Notes under the pieces: model-generated
The model's input: the letters and a program-made list of their open reading frames with translations, nothing else
Databases searched by the model: none
What the model was told of the DNA's origin: nothing
Assembly: GCA_040386535.1 (NCBI GenBank)
Contig: JAZKFH010000013.1
Span: forward strand, 320,928-384,927
Reading direction: 5' to 3'
DNA length: 64,000 nt
Origin: Myxococcota bacterium
Lineage (GTDB): Bacteria > Myxococcota_A > UBA796 > SXON01
Program-made: the position numbers and the translations under genes
In this document: positions 27,393 through 36,547 of the stretch, piece after piece
Position numbering within the stretch: position 1 is the first letter of the stretch
Layout of the letters: every line of letters starts with the position of its first letter

Positions 27393-27731
27393 CTATCCGT
27401 CCGGGAGGAGCGCGCTGACCTTCGCCGCGCAGATGAAGTCGTTCTCCGTCAGCCCGCCCACGGCGTGGGTGTTCCAGCGGACGACACAGCTGTCGTAGTG
27501 CACGGTGAGATCGGGGTGGTGGTTCTCCCCGTGCGCGATCCACGCCACCGCGTTCACGAACGCGAGGGTTTCGTAGTAGTTGCGGAAGGAGTAGGTGCGC
27601 GCGATCGCGTCCTTCTTGTCGTTGAGGCGCCACCCCGGGACCTCGGCCATGAGCTGGCGGAGCGCGTCATCCGTGACCTTGGGCAGGCCGGTTTCGGACA
27701 TGACACAACGAAGGGCGGCGAGTTCGGACAT
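27393..27731 (-). CDS. phhB: Pterin-4-alpha-carbinolamine dehydratase
   Basis: F.NYYETLAFVNAVAWIAH.ENHHPDL...WNTHAVGGLTENDFICAAK; GGAG upstream. Confidence 0.95.
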   Translation of the reverse strand: MSELAALRCVMSETGLPKVTDDALRQLMAEVPGWRLNDKKDAIARTYSFRNYYETLAFVNAVAWIAHGENHHPDLTVHYDSCVVRWNTHAVGGLTENDFICAAKVSALLPDG

Positions 27732-27861
27732 GAGGGGCTCCAGGTTCCATCCCTCTAAAGTCGCGCCTCGGTCGCCGAGCCGGGCCTCGATCAATCCCGA
27801 CGAGGTTCCGGAATTTCCCGTGGTTGGTCACGACTCGTGACACGCCGCTGCCACGCGGCTC

Positions 27862-28686
27862 CTACAGCTTCGCCCCGCAGAACTTGCAGTGGCGGGCATC
27901 GGGATCGTGCCCATCGCGTCCGCACGCGGGGCAGGCTTGCGTCGTGACCACGGTGGCGCGGGCCGCGTTGGCGAGCTCGACGGTGACGATGCCGGTGGGC
28001 ACGGCGATGATGCCGTAGCCGAGCGCCATGACGAAGGAGGCGAGGAGTTTTCCGAGGGGGGTGTTCGGGGCGATGTCGCCGTAGCCCACGGTCGAGAGGG
28101 TCACGATCGCCCAGTACATCGACTCGGGGATGTTCACGAACCCGTTCTCGGGCCCCTCGACCACGTACATCAGCGAGCCGACGATCACGACGATGGTGAG
28201 CACCGCGCCGAGGAACACGGCGATCTTGCGGCCGCTCGCCGCGACCGCGGCGCCGAGCACGCGCGCCTCGCGGAGGTACCCGGCCATCTTGAGCACGCGG
28301 AACACCCGCAGCAGGCGGAGCGCGCGGATGACGAGCAGGGTCTGGGCGCCGGGTACGAACAACGCGAGCCATGTCGGCACGATGGCGATCAGATCGACGA
28401 GGCCGTACAGGCTGACCATGTAGCGGAGGGGGCGGTGCACGACCGCGAGGCGCACGAGGTACTCCACCGTGAAGAGCACGGTGAAGAACCACTCGGCGGC
28501 GCGGAGCACGGGGCCGTACGAGGCCTGGATGTAGCCGACGCTGTCGAGCACCACCGCGAGCACGGACAACACGATGGCGACGAGCAGCGTCACGTCGAAC
28601 GTGCGGCCCGCCGGCGTGTCGGCCTCGAAGATGATCTGGTGGAGGCGCTCGCGCCAGGCCGCGTGCCGGTCGTCGGGGGCCGTCAT
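27862..28686 (-). CDS. Voltage-gated-type potassium channel (ion transporter) with C-terminal Zn-ribbon
   Basis: IIFEADTPAGR.FD, S4-like IRALRLLRVFRVLK, filter TVGYGD, CPAC...HCKFCG. Confidence 0.95.
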   Translation of the reverse strand: MTAPDDRHAAWRERLHQIIFEADTPAGRTFDVTLLVAIVLSVLAVVLDSVGYIQASYGPVLRAAEWFFTVLFTVEYLVRLAVVHRPLRYMVSLYGLVDLIAIVPTWLALFVPGAQTLLVIRALRLLRVFRVLKMAGYLREARVLGAAVAASGRKIAVFLGAVLTIVVIVGSLMYVVEGPENGFVNIPESMYWAIVTLSTVGYGDIAPNTPLGKLLASFVMALGYGIIAVPTGIVTVELANAARATVVTTQACPACGRDGHDPDARHCKFCGAKL

Positions 28687-28797
28687 GCCCGCGCCCTATC
28701 CCATCGCGCGCCCCATCTCCGCGCCGAGGCTGGGGTCCGTACACTCTCCGCCCGCCGCGCCGCCTCGACCTCCCGCTGGCGGCGCCTAGACTTGGTC

Positions 28798-29652
28798 ATG
28801 CATGGTACCTTGGACGCGCTCGATCGCGGGCTCCACGCGCTCGCCGGTCTCTCTGGGGTCACGACGCACGCCGTCCACACCCCCTTCGGCTCCATTCGTG
28901 CGTACGAGGCGCGCACCGGCGGGCCGCTGCCGACGCTCGTGCTGCTGCACGGGCTCGCGGCGGGCACGGCCGCCCAGTACGTGCCGTTCTTCCTGGCCGC
29001 GCGAGGCGTGTTCCGCCGGGTGATCGCGCCGGACCTGCCGGGCCACGGCGGCAGCCCGCCGCTCCGCGTGATGAACACCCCCGCGCTCTACGAGTCCGTG
29101 GTCGCGGCGCTCGACGCGCTGGTGGACGAGCCGCCCATCGTGTACGGAAACTCGCTCGGCGGGGCCGTCGCAGTGGCCTACGGCCTGTCCCGCCACGCGC
29201 GGGGCCTGTTCCTGACCTCGCCGGCGGGCACGCCCCTGCCCGACGATCTGCTCCGCTCCCTGCTCGAACGCATGCTGCTCCGTGACGACGACGCCGCGGC
29301 CGTGCTCCTCGCGGAGCTGCAGGAGCGCCCGCCCGTGTGGGCCCGCTTCATCGCGAGCGACGTACGCGCACGGTTCTCCCAGCCGCACATCCGCGCCCTG
29401 GTGACCAGCGTGACGAACGAGCACGGCTTCACGCCCGCGGCGCTCCGCGGCCTCGACGCGCCCACGCTGCTCGTGTGGGGACTCGCCGATCGCCTGTTCC
29501 CGCCCGAGATGTTCGCCTACTGGCGGGCCCACCTGACCGCCACGATCGAGCGGCCCGCGGGGGTTGGGCACGTGCCGCACGTGGAGGCGCCGCTGTGGAC
29601 GTGGCGGCGGCTCGTGCGCTTTGCCGAGGAGGTGACGGGCACGCGGGGTTGA
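28798..29652 (+). CDS. Alpha/beta hydrolase
   Basis: LVLLHG, PDLPGHG, GNSLGG, LVWG..D, GHVPHVE; TAGACT-N5-ATG. Confidence 0.88.
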   Translation: MHGTLDALDRGLHALAGLSGVTTHAVHTPFGSIRAYEARTGGPLPTLVLLHGLAAGTAAQYVPFFLAARGVFRRVIAPDLPGHGGSPPLRVMNTPALYESVVAALDALVDEPPIVYGNSLGGAVAVAYGLSRHARGLFLTSPAGTPLPDDLLRSLLERMLLRDDDAAAVLLAELQERPPVWARFIASDVRARFSQPHIRALVTSVTNEHGFTPAALRGLDAPTLLVWGLADRLFPPEMFAYWRAHLTATIERPAGVGHVPHVEAPLWTWRRLVRFAEEVTGTRG

Positions 29653-29694
29653 TGCCCTGCGGCTTGATACCGCTGAGTTGATAGAGGGGGGCGG

Positions 29695-30621
29695 ATGCCT
29701 GTCCGCGAACCCCACGTCGTCACGCTCTCAGCCACGGACGGCGTGCCGCTCGCGGCCGACCTCCACCTCCCGGCGGACGGTGTCGTCACCCACGCGGTGG
29801 TGATCGCGCCGGCCATGGCGGTCAAGCGTCGCTACTACAGCGCGTTTTCGGCCTGGCTCGCCGAGGGCGGCGCCGCGGTGATCGTGCCGGACTACCGGGG
29901 CATCGGCGGATCCGGGCACGCCCGCACCGAGGCCTCGATGGTGGTGTGGGGAGAGCGTGACCTCCCCGCCGCCGCGGCCGCGCTCCGCGCGCGCTACCCC
30001 GACGTGCCGCTGCTCTACGTGGGACACAGCGCGGGCGGCCAGCTCTTTGGCCTGCTGGGCGGTCTGCAACAGGTCGAGGCGTTCGCCGGGGTGATGCTCG
30101 TGGCGAGCGGCAGCGGCTACTGGCGCCACTACGCCGGCTGGGCCCGCGCGGGGATGTGGGCGATCTGGCATGTCGGCCTGCCCGTGTTGACACGCTTGTT
30201 CGGATACCTGCCGATGCGCCGTCTGGGACAGGGGGAGGACGTGCCGAAGGGCGTGGCGCACGAATGGGCCAGGTGGGGCCGGCATCCCCGCTACGTCGGC
30301 AGCCACGCCGACGCGCACGGCGGGCTTGGTTACACCCGGTGGAGCGGCCCGCTGCGGGCGTACGCCGTGACGGATGACAGCTACGCGCCTCCCCCCGCGG
30401 TGGCCGCGTTGGTGGCGTTGTATCCAAACGCCGACGCGGAGACGATCACCGTCACGCCCGCCTCGCTCGGCGTGACACAGGTCGGTCACTTCGGCTTCTT
30501 CCGGCCCGCGTTCCGCGACACGTTGTGGGTCGAGGCGCGGGCGTGGCTGCACGCGCGGGCCGGGCTGGGCGAGCGGGCCGGGCTGGGCGAGCGGGCGCCG
30601 CTCCGCGAGGCGGCCGAGTAG
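29695..30621 (+). CDS. Alpha/beta hydrolase (COG4757-like)
   Basis: APAMAVKRRYY, DYRGIG.S, VGHSAGGQ, GSGYW, GEDVPKGV, GHFGFFR. Confidence 0.9.
   Translation: MPVREPHVVTLSATDGVPLAADLHLPADGVVTHAVVIAPAMAVKRRYYSAFSAWLAEGGAAVIVPDYRGIGGSGHARTEASMVVWGERDLPAAAAALRARYPDVPLLYVGHSAGGQLFGLLGGLQQVEAFAGVMLVASGSGYWRHYAGWARAGMWAIWHVGLPVLTRLFGYLPMRRLGQGEDVPKGVAHEWARWGRHPRYVGSHADAHGGLGYTRWSGPLRAYAVTDDSYAPPPAVAALVALYPNADAETITVTPASLGVTQVGHFGFFRPAFRDTLWVEARAWLHARAGLGERAGLGERAPLREAAE
30555..30596 (+). repeat. 18-bp coding tandem duplication (RAGLGE x2)
   Basis: gcgggccgggctgggcga at 30555 and 30573, in the hydrolase C-terminal tail. Confidence 0.8.
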
Positions 30622-30636
30622 CGCCGAGCGCCCCGA

Positions 30637-31860
30637 TCAGCGCTCCTCGATCGCCAGCCGCACGAGCACCTCGTCCCAGCGGGTCGCCTGGGACCAAGTG
30701 GCGCCAGGGGCGGTGCTGTAGAACGTGGCGAACGTCGTGTCCGCGTAGATGTTCAGGCCGCCCGCCCACGCGAACTCCTCGACGCGGTAGTTTCCGATCA
30801 TCGCGGAAGCGAGCTCGTTCGACAGCGCGACCCCGGACGCGGCCAGCGCCGGATGGGACGACGCCGCGACCTGCGCGCCGAGGTCCCCGAGGTCCATGTA
30901 CTCACGCCGCCAGCCGTCCCCCTCGCCGGGCTCCACCCCTCGCGCCGCGGCGCGCGCGGCGACCAGGGCCTCCCAGGCTTCGGGCTCGTCCAACGCGATG
31001 CCGGACAGGGTGTCGAGCGCGGCCGCGACCGCGTCGAGGCGCGACAGGTCGGTGGCGGAGAACGTCAGCTCGCCGGTGATCTCGACGGGGTCCCGCGCCA
31101 TCCGGTCGGCCAGCGCCGCGCCGTCCAGCGTCGGGTCGGCCACGAGCGCCGCGATCGCCGGGGTGTATTGCAGCCCGTCCCAGCCCACCCAGGTCTGCGC
31201 CGCGACCATCGTGTCGGCGTGCTCCCGGAGCGAGTGGGCAACCTCGAAGTAGGCCATGTTGCAGGCGTCGAACGCCACCAGATCGAGCGGCCCGTGCGCG
31301 TCCGTGAACACGCGGAGCCCGTCGTTCAGCTCGCCCTCGGCGATCGAGAGGTCATCCTCCGAGCCGTCGTCCCAGCCGATCCCGGGCGGCGGCTGGCCGT
31401 CGACGTACCAACCGGAGCCGTGGTTCCACAACACGAGCGCGTAGTGTTCGGCCGGGGCCGTCGCCGCCCCGAACATCAGGAAACGCGCCAAGGTCTCCGG
31501 GTCGGCCATGTCGAGCTCGCCCCAGTCGGCGAGCACCGGGGAGGTGACGGTGGCGAGCTTGTCGTCCCCGTGCAGATCGTAGACGCGAGTGCCGGTCCAG
31601 TCGCCGTCGGCGTCGTCATACCCCTCCGCACGATCGGCCAGCACGAGCACGCGCACCGCGCCGCCGGGCCCGCCCGCCTCGAGCTCGTTCAGATCGTGCA
31701 TCACGTAGCTCTCGAGGTCGTTGTCGCCGACCAGGTAGACCAGCACGGTCCAGATCGCGTCCGTCTCCACGACGCCGGTGTCCTCGAGCGGCTCGCGCGG
31801 CGGCCGAGGCGGGCGCAGGTCGATCGACGGTTCCGCACAGCCGAGCAGGAAGAGCAACAT
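30637..31860 (-). CDS. Clostripain-related cysteine peptidase (C11) lipoprotein
   Basis: MLLFLLGC; WTVLVYLVGDNDLE, ELDMADPETL, LVLWNHGSGW (His), FDACNMA (Cys). Confidence 0.92.
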   Translation of the reverse strand: MLLFLLGCAEPSIDLRPPRPPREPLEDTGVVETDAIWTVLVYLVGDNDLESYVMHDLNELEAGGPGGAVRVLVLADRAEGYDDADGDWTGTRVYDLHGDDKLATVTSPVLADWGELDMADPETLARFLMFGAATAPAEHYALVLWNHGSGWYVDGQPPPGIGWDDGSEDDLSIAEGELNDGLRVFTDAHGPLDLVAFDACNMAYFEVAHSLREHADTMVAAQTWVGWDGLQYTPAIAALVADPTLDGAALADRMARDPVEITGELTFSATDLSRLDAVAAALDTLSGIALDEPEAWEALVAARAAARGVEPGEGDGWRREYMDLGDLGAQVAASSHPALAASGVALSNELASAMIGNYRVEEFAWAGGLNIYADTTFATFYSTAPGATWSQATRWDEVLVRLAIEER

Positions 31861-31900
31861 CCCGCCACTCTACTCTCGAACCGGGTGGTACGTTGTGCGC

Positions 31901-32662
31901 ATGTTCTGGCTCCTGCTCGCCTGCAAACAGCCCGAGGCCGCCCCCCGCGACCTCGACACGCTATCCCACGATCTGTGGTCGCACTACACCGCGGAGGACG
32001 ACGAGGCGCTCCTGGCCGACGCGATCGACCTGAAAGGGCTCATCGACGAGGCCGCCCTGCCGATCGACGGGACGTTCACCGACCTGACGGAGGCGGAGGC
32101 GGGGGACGCCGGCGCCCCGGGCCTCGATCCGGCCCCGGCCGTGGGCCTGTTCACGGCGGGCTTCATCGACTGCACGCCCGACGAGATGGAGCGCATCCTG
32201 TTCTCGCAGGCGCAGATGGAGCTCTACCCGGGGAACTACACCGCTTACGAGCGGTCCTACACCGCCGATCTGGACGCCTACGAGGCGCGGCAGACCAACC
32301 GCCTCACGTGGGGCGCGAACTACTCGGTGGAGATCCCGCTCACCGGCTCCTACACCTCCGAGATCCTCGGCGGCGTGCACTTTGTTCCCGACGGAGAGGA
32401 CGGGCCCTACCTGTTCTCGACCACGGTGATGCCCGCGCCGGCCACCACCGATCCCGACACCATCGTGTTCGACGTCGACCTGCAGATGGAGGTGTTCTAC
32501 CCCCAAGAGGGCGGCGTGGTGCACCTGTTCGGCATGTGGCGTCACATCGACCTGCCGAACGGCTTCGGTACGGACAGCGACGTGGGCGTGACGCTCATCG
32601 TGGGCGGGCTGCACGATTGGGACGACGCCACGACCAAGATTTGTGACGAAGGGCGGATCTGA
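31901..32662 (+). CDS. Hypothetical lipoprotein
   Basis: MFWLLLAC preceded by TACGTT-N6; strong GC-rich third-position pattern; acidic. Confidence 0.8.
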   Translation: MFWLLLACKQPEAAPRDLDTLSHDLWSHYTAEDDEALLADAIDLKGLIDEAALPIDGTFTDLTEAEAGDAGAPGLDPAPAVGLFTAGFIDCTPDEMERILFSQAQMELYPGNYTAYERSYTADLDAYEARQTNRLTWGANYSVEIPLTGSYTSEILGGVHFVPDGEDGPYLFSTTVMPAPATTDPDTIVFDVDLQMEVFYPQEGGVVHLFGMWRHIDLPNGFGTDSDVGVTLIVGGLHDWDDATTKICDEGRI

Positions 32663-32689
32663 CGATCCGCCCTTGAAACGGTCGCTCCG

Positions 32690-34093
32690 CTACTTGTCGC
32701 TGATCCGCCACCGGAACTTGGCCGCCACGTCCGCGAGCGCGTCCTCGTCGGAAGGGTCCTTTCCGGCGAGCTTCAGGATCATCCGCTCCACCAGCCGCTC
32801 GTTGAAGTCGGTGATGTTGTCGACCGACTCGTGGGAGGTGGTCGCGCCGGTGATCCACAGGTTGTCGGTGCCCTGTTGGCGCTCCATCGCGTGGGCATTG
32901 CCGGCCTGGATGGCCGCCGGGGTGAACTGGGGGGAGTAGCTCCACCGGCACTGTTGGAGGACGGAGATGTTCTGGGCGCCCTGGGCGCGCAGGTCGCGCT
33001 CGAGGATGTCCTGGAGCTCCTTGCTCTTCAGGTCGGTGTTGCCGACCTGGTAGCACACGTACACGTCGCGCCGGGTGCGCGAGCGGGCGGCGGCGGCGCG
33101 CGTCTTGTCGCCGGTGCGGCGTGCCACGAGCAGGCGCGAGTGGGACAGCGCCTCGTCGCCGTTGGCGGCGGCCTCGAACGAGTGGGTGTCCTGCTCCTGG
33201 AACCAACCTTCGGCGTCGACCAGGGTGGTGACGTACTCGCGCCACTCCATCGCGCCGTTGCCGATGGCATACGCCGCGATCTCCTCGTCGGTGAAGGGGA
33301 ACCACCCGCGCGCCTCGTGCAGCCGCGTGGTGAGCACGAGGTGGTCGAATTCCAACGTGCCGTCCTTCGTGCGGACCTGGTACTTGCCGTCGGTGCGGGT
33401 GACCTCGCGGATTTTCGTGTCGGTCCGCACGTCGAGCTTGGAGGCGAGGTGTTGCCACAGGTGTTGCCACCCCGGCACCATCTCGCTCACCTGCAACGTC
33501 ACGGCCGACCAGATGATGGACGGCACGTTCCAACGCAAGCCGTAGAGCGCGGGCACCTTGTCGAGGCCGCCGTAGCCCATGATCGACATCGTGCGCAGCG
33601 CGAACCGGGCGATGACGTCGAGCTCGCGGTCCCTCAGCCAGTCGCCGAACGGCTGGGCCATCTCGTCCTTCATCAGCCCGCCGCGCGTGCCCGCCGTGTC
33701 ATCCGGGCAACCGTGCAGATCCCACTCGTGGAACACGAGCCAATCGGCGACGTACCGGGCCATCTGCAGGCCCGCCTTGATCGGGCCGCCGGTGCCGATC
33801 ACGTACTTCTTGAAGTCCGTCTCCTCGCCCGATTCCGTGTGGATGACGTGGTGCTTCAGTTGGTAGGTGGTCATGCCCGCTTCCCGCATCCACGTCTGCA
33901 CCGTGCGGTACCCGGTCGTGAGGTAGCAGGTTCCCATCTCGTGTCCGAGACCGTCGACCGTGAGGGTGAGCGCCTTGCCGCCGACCTGCGCGTCCCGCTC
34001 GAGCACGGTCACGTCGGCGATCTTGCGGTCGGTGAGGAGGCGCGCGAGGGACAGGCCGCCGGGGCCGGCGCCGATGATGCCGATGCGGGACAT
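32690..34093 (-). CDS. FAD-dependent oxidoreductase (flavin amine oxidase superfamily; resembles PUFA isomerase PAI)
   Basis: RIGIIGAGPGGL, LER...VGGK...HEMG; C-terminal QG..NLWITG...SHES. Confidence 0.85.
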   Translation of the reverse strand: MSRIGIIGAGPGGLSLARLLTDRKIADVTVLERDAQVGGKALTLTVDGLGHEMGTCYLTTGYRTVQTWMREAGMTTYQLKHHVIHTESGEETDFKKYVIGTGGPIKAGLQMARYVADWLVFHEWDLHGCPDDTAGTRGGLMKDEMAQPFGDWLRDRELDVIARFALRTMSIMGYGGLDKVPALYGLRWNVPSIIWSAVTLQVSEMVPGWQHLWQHLASKLDVRTDTKIREVTRTDGKYQVRTKDGTLEFDHLVLTTRLHEARGWFPFTDEEIAAYAIGNGAMEWREYVTTLVDAEGWFQEQDTHSFEAAANGDEALSHSRLLVARRTGDKTRAAAARSRTRRDVYVCYQVGNTDLKSKELQDILERDLRAQGAQNISVLQQCRWSYSPQFTPAAIQAGNAHAMERQQGTDNLWITGATTSHESVDNITDFNERLVERMILKLAGKDPSDEDALADVAAKFRWRISDK

Positions 34094-34172
34094 GGAGATC
34101 CGGGGAAGCGCGGGTTCTACCATACGCGCCGCGGCGTTGGGAGAGCCGCCCGCGCGACCGGCCGAACGGGGC

Positions 34173-35063
34173 CTATGAGCCCGCGGATCCGCTGATTGCG
34201 TCGTCCGCGCCGAGCCCTTCTCCCAGCAACAGCGCGTGCAGCCCGTCCGGGTTGTCCACGTGTACCCAGTGCCCGGCGTTTGGGAGCAGGTGCAGATGCA
34301 GCGTCGGCGGGGCCGCGGCGAAGCGTGCCAGCTCCTCGTCGGGCCAACGCTCGGAGCGCTCGGCCCGCACCACGTCCACGCGCGCGCGTCGTGACGGAGA
34401 GAGGAGCCACGGCCACGCGTCGGTGCGCGCGTAGTCCAACAACATCTCCTCGATGCCGTCGAGATCGAAGCGCCACACGAAGCCCGAATCGGGCGCCCCC
34501 GGACTCGCGCTGGGATCGACCGGCCGGAGGTTGGTGGTCATCCACTGGGCGAGCCCGGCGCTGAACCCCGCCTGGGTGAGGACCTCTACGATGCTGTCCC
34601 GACGGGGGAGGGGTTGCGGCACCACGCGCAGGGCCTGCACGACGCGCACCACCTCGGACTGGAGGGCCAGCGCGATGTCCGGCGGGCGCGGCGGCACGTC
34701 GAGCGCCCAGATGCGGTCGACCCCCTGGCCGCGGGCCTCGGCCTCCGCGCCCCACGCCATCGCCACCTTCCCGCCGAAGCTGTGGCCGATGGCCGTGCGC
34801 GGCTGGATCCCGAGCTTCGCCGCGAGCACGAAGAGATCCTCGGCGCACGCGGCGACCGTGTGCGGCGGTGGCGCGCCCCGGCTGTCCCCGTGATTGCGCA
34901 GGTCGGGCAACACGAAGCCCCACTCGGGGCGGGCCGCCACGAGGCGCCGGGCCACGGTGCGGAGGTTCTGGCCCGAGCCGAGGATGCCGTGCAGGAGCCA
35001 CGCCCAGTGGGTCGGGGTGGCGCCGGGGGCGGTCTGGACGACGTGGTTGAGGAGGAAGGACAT
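34173..35063 (-). CDS. Alpha/beta hydrolase (YbfF/ABHD11-like)
   Basis: LHGILGSGQN, DLRNHGDS, GHSFGGKVAM, QWMTTNL, NAGHWVHVDNP. Confidence 0.9.
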   Translation of the reverse strand: MSFLLNHVVQTAPGATPTHWAWLLHGILGSGQNLRTVARRLVAARPEWGFVLPDLRNHGDSRGAPPPHTVAACAEDLFVLAAKLGIQPRTAIGHSFGGKVAMAWGAEAEARGQGVDRIWALDVPPRPPDIALALQSEVVRVVQALRVVPQPLPRRDSIVEVLTQAGFSAGLAQWMTTNLRPVDPSASPGAPDSGFVWRFDLDGIEEMLLDYARTDAWPWLLSPSRRARVDVVRAERSERWPDEELARFAAAPPTLHLHLLPNAGHWVHVDNPDGLHALLLGEGLGADDAISGSAGS

Positions 35064-35140
35064 CGGGCCGCCTACCCGCGGGGCGCGGACGGGGCCAGGG
35101 GAGGGGACCGCGACGTCGCGGCGGGCTAAGGGGCCGGACA

Positions 35141-36547
35141 ATGACTCCCCCCCGCGAACGCGCCGTCCTCGTCGGTGTCCAGCTCCCCGGGGTCGATCCG
35201 ATCGACCACCAGGCCTCCCTCGCCGAGCTCGCCCGGCTCGTCAACACCCTCGGCTACGAGGTCGTGGGGGAGGTGAGCCAGCGCCGTGACGGCATCGCGT
35301 CCGCCGTGGTCCTCGGGGACGGCAAGCTCCAGGAGCTCGCGGAGTGGACCGCCGGCAGCGGCGAGGTCGAGCACGGCCCGCGCCGCGTCGTGAGCAAGGC
35401 CCGCGCGAAGTGGGAGTTCGCGAACGGCGACGACGAGGAGGAGGCTGTCGGAGAGGAGGGCGCCGAGGAGGAGGACGACGACGCGCCCGAGCAGGAGGAG
35501 GAGGCCAAGGTGCGCGCCTCCCGCCGCGCCGATCTCGTCGTGGTCGACCACGACATCAGCCCGAGCCAGGCGCGCAACCTGGAGACGGCGACCGGCGTGC
35601 CGGTGCTCGATCGCACGGGCGTCATCGTCGAGATCTTCCATCGCCACGCGCAGAGCCGCGAGGCCCGTCTGCAGGTCGAGATCGCGCGGCTGGTGTACCT
35701 CGTGCCGCGCATGCGGGCGTCCGGGGGCGCGGAGCGGCAGCGCGGCGGCATCGGCGGCAAGGGCGCGGGCGAGAGCGCGCTCGAGCTCGATCGTCGCAAG
35801 GTGCGGGATCGCATCGCCCAGCTCCGCGAGGAGCTCGAGTCCATCGAGAACGAGCGCGGGACCCGCCGCGCGCGCCGCGCCGATCAGCTCCGCGTCGCGC
35901 TCGTGGGCTACACCAACGCCGGCAAGAGCTCGCTCATGCGCGCCCTGACCGGCAGCGAGGTGTACGTGGCGGACAAGTTGTTCGCGACGCTCGACACCAC
36001 CGTGCGGTCGCTCCACCCCGAGAGCGTGCCGAAGGTCCTGGTGTCCGACACCGTCGGCTTCATCAAGAAGTTGCCGCACGATCTCGTCGCCAGCTTCCGC
36101 AGCACGCTCGACGAGGCGCTCGAGGCCTCCCTGCTCCTCCACATCGTCGACGCGTCGGACCCCACCTTCCGCGCCCAGTACGACGTGACACGCGCCGTGC
36201 TCGCCGAGATCGGCGCCGACGAGGTGCCCTCGCGCCTCGTGCTCAACAAGATCGACCGGGTCGACGAGGCCACACGCGCCGCGCTAGTGGAGGAGTACCC
36301 CAACGCCCTCGTCCTCTCGGCGCACGATCCCGCCGACGTCGCGGCCATGCACGACTTCATCGTGGCGTGGTTCGAGAAGGACATGGCCGAGGTCGAGCTG
36401 TTCGTCCCCTGGGCCCGCGGGGCCGTGGTCGGCGAGATCCACACGCGCGTGCGCGTCGTCTCCGAGGCCCACGAGGACGACGGGACGCGGTTCCTCGTGC
36501 GCGGGCGCAAGGAAGACGTGGCCCGCCTCGTCGGGTTGTTGGCCTGA
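35141..36547 (+). CDS. hflX: GTPase HflX
   Basis: VLDRT.VI.EIF..HA.S.EA.LQVE.A, GESALELDRR, VGYTNAGKS, LFATLDTT, DTVGF, NKID. Confidence 0.96.
   Translation: MTPPRERAVLVGVQLPGVDPIDHQASLAELARLVNTLGYEVVGEVSQRRDGIASAVVLGDGKLQELAEWTAGSGEVEHGPRRVVSKARAKWEFANGDDEEEAVGEEGAEEEDDDAPEQEEEAKVRASRRADLVVVDHDISPSQARNLETATGVPVLDRTGVIVEIFHRHAQSREARLQVEIARLVYLVPRMRASGGAERQRGGIGGKGAGESALELDRRKVRDRIAQLREELESIENERGTRRARRADQLRVALVGYTNAGKSSLMRALTGSEVYVADKLFATLDTTVRSLHPESVPKVLVSDTVGFIKKLPHDLVASFRSTLDEALEASLLLHIVDASDPTFRAQYDVTRAVLAEIGADEVPSRLVLNKIDRVDEATRAALVEEYPNALVLSAHDPADVAAMHDFIVAWFEKDMAEVELFVPWARGAVVGEIHTRVRVVSEAHEDDGTRFLVRGRKEDVARLVGLLA

Noticed and set aside
29664..29683. TTGATA direct repeat upstream of the 29695 hydrolase as an FNR site
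   Set aside because: It is a direct repeat, not the TTGAT-N4-ATCAA inverted repeat, and is too short to assign.
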